Shown here piece by piece: positions 58,174-64,000 of a stretch of 64,000 nt of DNA. Origin of the DNA: Scyliorhinus canicula (lineage: Eukaryota); contig NC_052160.1 in assembly GCF_902713615.1 (NCBI RefSeq), positions 139,542,737-139,606,736 of the forward strand. Reading direction: 5' to 3'. Under the pieces are notes generated by a model. That model was given only the letters and a program-made list of their open reading frames with translations. It was not told the origin of the DNA and searched no databases. The position numbers were made by a program, and so were the translations under genes. Numbering within the stretch: position 1 is the first letter of the stretch; each line of letters opens with the position of its first letter.

Positions 58174-58952
58174 GTAAGAAGTGTTACAACACCAGGTTAA
58201 AATCCAACAGGTTTGTTTTGAACCACCAGGGCCTGTTAAGGGGCTGTTTAACACAGGGCTAAATCGCTGGCTTTGAAAGCAGACCAAAGCAGGCCAGCAC
58301 CACCGTTCAGTTCCCGTAACAGATGCTGGAATGTGGCGACTAGGGGCTTTTCACAGTAACTTCATTTGAAGCCTACTTGTGACAATAAGCAATTTTAATT
58401 TCATTTCATTTCAAAGACTCGTGGGCTGTTTAGCACACTGGGCTAAATCGCTGGCTTTGAAAGCAGACCAAGGCAGGCCAGCAGCACGGTTCAATTCCCG
58501 TACCAGCCTCCCCGAACAGGCGCCGGCATGTGGCGACTAGGGGCTTTTTACAGTAACTTCATTTGAAGCCTCCTTGTGACAATAAGCTATTTTCATTTAA
58601 TTTTTCATTCAAAGTACCATCTTGCATCATTGAATTTGTCTATATATATGTTTCCGAGGAAGGAGCTGAGCTCCAAAAGCAAGTGATTCCAAACAAACCT
58701 GTTGAACTTCAACCTGGTGTTGTAAGAAGCACAGGGGGCTAAATAGCTGGCTTGTCATGCAGAACAATGCCAGCAGCGCGGGTTCAATTCCCGTGCCGGC
58801 CTCCCCGAACAGGCGGCAGAATGTGGTGACTAGGGGCTTTTCACAGTAACTTTGTTGAAGCTACATGTGGCAATAAGCGATTAGTATATTATTATTATTC
58901 TGAGACTTATTCGTGTGCCCACCCCAGCCCAACGCCGGCATCTCCACATCAT
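58174..58952 (+). mobile_element. Degenerate short Penelope derivative interrupted by SINEs
   Basis: Inverted end GTAAGAAGTGTTACAACACCAGG; decayed hammerhead at ~58655-58690; 3' end CCAACGCCGGCATCTCCACATCAT; near-TSD CTCTAGATCAAG / CTCTAGGTCAAG. Confidence 0.75.
58240..58885 (+). mobile_element. Cluster of three copies of a short tRNA-derived SINE with a TTTCA-repeat tail
   Basis: GGGCTAAATCGCTGGC...GGTTCAATTCCCG...TGTGGCGACTAGGGGCTTTTCACAGTAACTTC. Other copies at 1-55, 45380-45548 (-) and 61715-61882. Confidence 0.8.
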
Positions 58953-59537
58953 CTCTAGGTCAAGAACACCCTTCCTCAGATAAGGAAGCCAAAACTTCCC
59001 ACAATACCCATTACACGCATTGACCCAACCAAGGCAGAGGAACAGTTCAGAGCAGGGCATGGTTGGAGAACCTGTTCTTACGAAAGCTGTTTCTTTCCTA
59101 TGTTGGTAATTTATAGCTCCTGCATTTTGCAAACTTTGGATGGGATTCTCTGTCCCGCAACCCCACATCATCGGGAAATGGCCGAGTGTGGGTGCGTTGC
59201 CGACGCAACAGAGAATCCCACCGCCGGAGAATCCACCCCTTGGTTTTCCCCAAGTTAGATTGTTGCCCTTTCTGTGGGACAGTGGTGAAAAATGTACTGA
59301 GACAACAGGTGAATGAAACAATGCATCGGGTTTAGCCTTTTGTGCCATTGAGGCAATAACCTTTCATTCTTTAAGGTTGAGATAACCTCTTTCAGTCCCG
59401 CAAGCAATCTCCTGTGCAATTATCACGTGGTGTGTTAACCTTGAAATGTTTTTGATATGCCTGGATCAAGACTTGGAGTCAAGCACACGTCAATGTTTTT
59501 CTGTACCGTCCAGTCCCTGGTTGCGCGCAAAGGTCAT

Positions 59538-62500
59538 GGGTGGGATTCTCCGTCTGCTGACGCCAGGTTGGGAAACGTGCTTGTGTGGAGAGTTGGTACT
59601 GACGGCAAAACCGTGGTGGGCACCGGTTTCACATGAAATCACAATTCTCCGGTGCCTCGACAGCAGCGTCAATGCGCTCCACTCTGCAGAACAGTAAACG
59701 CCGTTGGCGTATCATTAGCGGACCTGACCCGGTATTCTCCGGGGCCTCCGCGATTCTCCATCTCGACTGGGGGGGAATTCACGCCGGCGAAGTTCTCTTG
59801 TGCTTTTAAGAGTCGAGAAACAGGCACCATGGCTGATGAGGGAGAGAGAGGACATGGAGAGGGCTCCGGGTTCTGACACTGGTCAGGCTGGGGTTAGGGG
59901 GCCAGGGTTGGTGGGGGGGGGGGGGGGGGGGGGGGGGAACCTGTGCAGTGTTGGCCTGGGTGGCACACATGGTTGGCACCACCTCCTGCTCCTGCACGCG
60001 ATTGGACTCCTCCGCCTGCACCTGCAGCTGCTGGATCCTGCGACATCCCCTCCTGTGGTCCCTGGCTCTGTGACTGCATCTCTGCTATGGATGGGACTGT
60101 CCAATCCAGAAGCTCGAGACCCGTCAGGATGGCAGCTAGTCCCTGGGGTCGGCCTGCCCTCCAATCATCCGCCCCCCAGGAGTTCCTGCCTCCATCTGTT
60201 GTACCAGGTCTGCTGCGTGGTGCACACCAGATAGTGTCCCAGGAGCATCTTCACTGAAGCGCCCAACCGAGGCGAGCATCTCTGGATTGGTGGAGGGTGT
60301 TGGAGAAGCTGTGATGGGAAATCGATGTCATCCCCGGGCTCGAGCTGTGGGGTAGACTGGATTTCAGGTTGAGGGCTTCCATCTGTGTCGGTATCGACCT
60401 CGTCGCTGCCCGGCACCCGGGGCTCTGGCTGTGGCTGGGGGTGGGGTTCACCAGAAGGACCCCACCTATCTCCAGGCGGTCCTGCAAGACACAAGACAGA
60501 ACGCATGGTTAGGCTGCGGGATTGGGGGGGGGGGGGGGGGTTGTGGGTCTGAGTGCAGCATGGGTGAGGGGGGATGCAGATGAGAAGGTGGTGTGAGGGT
60601 GAGGGTGGAGTGGGGGTGGTGTGGGGTGAGGGTGGAGTGGGAGTGGTGTGGGGTGAGGGTGGAGTGGGGGTGGTGTGAGGTGAGGGTGGAGTGGGGGTGG
60701 TGTGGGGTGAGGGTGGAGTGGGGGTGGTGTGGGGTGAGGGTGGTGTGGGGGTGGTGTGGGGTGAGGGTGGAGTGGGGGTGGTGTGAGTTGAGGGTGGAGT
60801 GGGGGTGGTGTGGGGTGAGGGTGGAGTGGGGGTGGTGTGGGGTGAGGGTGGTGTGGGGGTGGTGTGGGGTGAGGGTGGAGTGGGGGTGGTGTGGGGTGAG
60901 GGTGGAGTGGGGGTGGTGTGGGGTGAGGGTGGAGTGGGGGTGGTGTGGGGTGAGGGTGGAGTGGGGGTGGTGTGGGGTGAGGGTGGAGTGGGGGTGGTGT
61001 GGGGTGAGGATGGTGTGGGGGTGGTGTGGGGTGAGGGTGGAGTGGGGGTGGTGTGGGGTGAGGGTGGAGTGGGGGTGGTGTGGGGTGAGGGTGGTGTGGG
61101 GGTGGTGTGGGGGTGAGGGTGGTGTGGGGGTGGTGTGGGGTAAGGATGGAGTGGGGGTGGTGTGGGGATGTGGGTGGTGTGGGGTGAGGGTGGTGTGGGG
61201 GTGGTGTGGGGGTGGTGTGGGGGTGGTGTGGGTGTGGGGATGTGGGTGGTGTGAGGGAGATGTGGGTGGTGTGAGGGTGGTGTGGGGGTGTGGGTGCTGT
61301 GGGTGTGGTGTGGGGTTGAGGGGGTGAGGGTGGTGTGGGTGTGGGTATGGTATGGGGGTGAGGGTGGTGTGGGGGTGAGGGTGGTGTGGGGTGGAGTGGG
61401 GGTGAGGGTGGTGTGGGTGTGGTGTGGGGTGAGGGTGGTGTGGAGGTGGTGTGGGGGTGAGGGTGGTGTGGGGGTGATTTGGGAGTGAGGGTGGTGTGGG
61501 GGTGAGGGTGGTGTGAGGGTGGTATGGGGACGTGGGTGGTGTGGGGTGGTGTGGGGGTGAAGGTGGTGTGGGTGTGGTGTGGGGGTGAGGGTGGTGTGGA
61601 GGTGGTGTGGGGGTGAGGGTGGTGTGGGGGTGATTTGGGAGTGAGGGTGGTGTGGGTGTGGTGTGGGGGTGAGGGTGGTGTGGAGGTGGTGTGGGGTGAG
61701 TGGATGGCTCCTGGGGATGCTGGCTTTTAAAGCAGACCAAGCAGGCCAGCAGCACGGTTCGATTCCCGTACCAGCCTCCCCGGACAGGCGCCGGAATGTG
61801 GCGACTAGGGGCTTTTCACAGTAACTTCATTGAAGCCTACTCGTGACAATAAGCGATTTTCATTTCATTTCATTTCATTTCACCTAGACATAACAATAGA
61901 GCAAGAAAGGCAAAGCACGTTGAGGATCACTGAGGGCACCAGGGAAGGGGTGAGTCGGTGGAGGAGAATAGGTAGGGGGTGCGGTGGGGTGAAGGGGTGG
62001 TGGGGACTGTGGGGCGGTACCATCAGGAGAGTGGGGCATTGTTGGACATTAATAATCCTTCACCACAACCAGTATGACTCCACTTTCACTTTCTTCTGCA
62101 ATGGGAACTGACCTCTGAACCCTTTGCCCATCTCTCCAGTCATCTCGCCCTCTCCAGGCACACCGCGTACATGTGATGGGTGTGAGCGAGTACTCAGCAG
62201 GCAGGCAGGGGTCAGATTAAGGCACAGATTGAGGAGCACCAGAGCTCAGCTCTCTGCGGCTTATCATCAACCCCCTGTCCTCGACTGTGACCCGCTGACA
62301 GTGCCAAAACTCTGTCCCAGCACCCTGGAGTGATGTGACACAGATCCTGGGAGGATTGGAAAAAGGGGGGGCGGGGAGTGGGGAAGATAGCGATGAAGGA
62401 CCATGCCATTTCCTATGTGAAGCGGGTGAGAATGAGGGTGTATCAGGCCCTCTGGGCTTGCCCCACCCCCTCCCCCCCCCCCTGCTGCAGCCTGTCCTGC

Positions 62501-63400
62501 AGCCTCCCCCCCCCCCCCCCCCCCCCACCGCTACAGCCTGTCCTGCAGCCCCCAGCTGGCCCTCCAGTTCCTCTCTGGGCTCTTCCTCCAGACCCTGCTG
62601 GACCGTCACTTCCTCATCAATCTGGTCCTCCTCCTCCTTCTTGGAGCTGGACACATGTTCCTTTTCTCAACCACCAGCACATCATCCTGCTGCTGTGCCA
62701 AGCTGTTAAGGGCAAAGCGGACCACGACAAAGCGGGCAGCCTCCGAGGCGTGTACCACAGGGCACCACCGGAGCAGTCGAGGTGTTGGAACTGCATTTTG
62801 AGCAGTTCGATGCACCACTCAATAACAGCCCGGGTGGCACATGGGCCTCGCTGTATCGGGCCTCCACTTCGCTGTCTGGCCTCCGCACTGGCGTCATTCG
62901 CCAGGTCCTCAGCGGGTATCCCTTACCCCACAAGAGCCAGCCGACCATCCTGGGGTGCTCCTTGAAGTCATCTTGTTCCAGGGATGTCTGATTGCCCCAG
63001 GATGTAGCTGTCATGTCCCTCCATTCCTCCATTGATATCACCCCCCTCCCCCATGCCTGTAACTCCCCCAGCCCACACACGCCTGGTTGCAGGTACCCCC
63101 TCAATGGACCCCAAACCCTGCACTCTGCTCATAGCTCCACCTGGACTGAGCGCTGGGCCACATGGCTGTGGATATGTCCCCAGAGCTGTGTCCCATCCCC
63201 TGGGTGTATGGATGTTGGCTGCTACGAGTGCGGTGTTGCTTCCTGCAGTATTCAGGCATCACGGTCTGATTGGGGTGCTGGACAATGACTCCCACTTGCA
63301 ACATGGCCAGCCCACCCACGGCAATCCACTTGGATTGTGTGAAGTGCTCACTTAACCATGACTGCCAATTTCCTATTAGCGATAGCCTTTAGCCGCACAG
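59538..63400 (-). mobile_element. PIF/Harbinger transposon relic
   Basis: Frameshifted transposase GWLL-GKGYPLRTW-MTPVRRP...EARY-EAH / ATRAVIEWCIELLKMQF-HLD-SGGAL at ~62740-62950; terminus GGGTGGGATTCTCC at 59538. Confidence 0.75.
60590..61700. repeat. G/T-rich minisatellite (27-bp core unit GGGGTGAGGGTGGAGTGGGGGTGGTGT, degenerating rightwards)
   Basis: Direct inspection; 9-aa periodicity in the ORF translations. Confidence 0.95.
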
Positions 63401-63544
63401 TCCGAAATCCCAATTTTGTCTGTGGGAATGGGCCGGTTGCTTCGCAAACTGTAGGGCCCCTTGCTCAGTTCTCATTTCCAGCCTCTCCCGCTGCTCACCA
63501 GCCTCGTTATACTCGAACAAGAACGCAATAGGGCCGGAAGCTCG

Positions 63545-64000
63545 CACCCTCTCTCTCCTGCTTGCAGAAGGGAAATAATTGCTCTATTGTTCTGAAAGCA
63601 GTGAGCGCCTGGCACATCCTTTCCTGCAAAGCTGAAATGATTCCGATTTCGCAGCGAAAATAGATAAACTTGCCGGAGGAAACCATCACAAGGCTAGAAA
63701 GAAGAAGTACCAAAACAAAAGCGTGAACTTCAGAAAGACATTGACTGGACGTAATCCCAGTGAACTAAAGATCCTAATCGTTATTTTGTTAATAATATTT
63801 AATTTCCCTTTACCCCATTCTTCCCCCTCTAGTTTGTTTGTCTGTGTGTGTGTGTCTAGATAGTGGGGTGAGTTAGGAAGGGGGATTTGGGAAAGGGGTA
63901 GTAGATATTCAGTTACGTTTTTTGTCAGTTTAATTATATTTTAATTAATTATAATACAGTGCAGAATAAAAGGTTACTTGTGTGCCAAAGCTGCAAACCT
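63545..64000 (-). repeat. Inverted copy of the LTR-like sequence upstream of the pepsinogen genes
   Basis: 63662-64000 is the reverse complement of 23700-24038 with about 2 mismatches; 63545-63645 matches ~51845-51940. Confidence 0.9.

Noticed and set aside
60466-61755. 429-aa His/Pro/Thr-rich ORF and the overlapping VRVEWGWCG ORFs
   Set aside because: These are translations of the G-rich minisatellite, open only because the repeat lacks stop codons.

Overview
Vertebrate genomic DNA, most consistent with a shark (elasmobranch HE1/V-SINE-type SINEs, CR1 LINEs, fish-type pepsinogens); the species cannot be fixed from sequence alone. The core is a head-to-tail duplication (unit 1 ~5057-24038, unit 2 ~24034-51850). 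Each unit carries an intact 9-exon pepsinogen A-type aspartic protease gene on the minus strand: 381 aa and 385 aa, ~86% identical by my manual alignment, both DTG catalytic motifs present, all introns GT-AG, each with a TATA box and AATAAA. Each unit also carries one copy of the same CR1 LINE insertion, damaged in complementary ways. The full-length CR1 copy has tandem ~323-bp promoter-like monomers in its 5' end and a TAATG ORF1/ORF2 stop-start overlap. The rest is transposon-derived: a decayed Gypsy gag, a broken hAT transposase, a young Penelope-like element with 256-bp inverted termini carrying minimal hammerhead ribozymes, Harbinger relics and MITEs, solo LTRs, many SINEs and a G-rich minisatellite. 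The last ~340 bp are a near-identical inverted copy of the sequence upstream of gene 1, which predicts a third, oppositely oriented pepsinogen just beyond the window. I see no evidence of a wholly new class of system. The most novel-looking signals are the CR1 monomer promoter, the mosaic history and divergence of the pepsinogen pair, and the ribozyme-bearing Penelope copy. All counts are manual.
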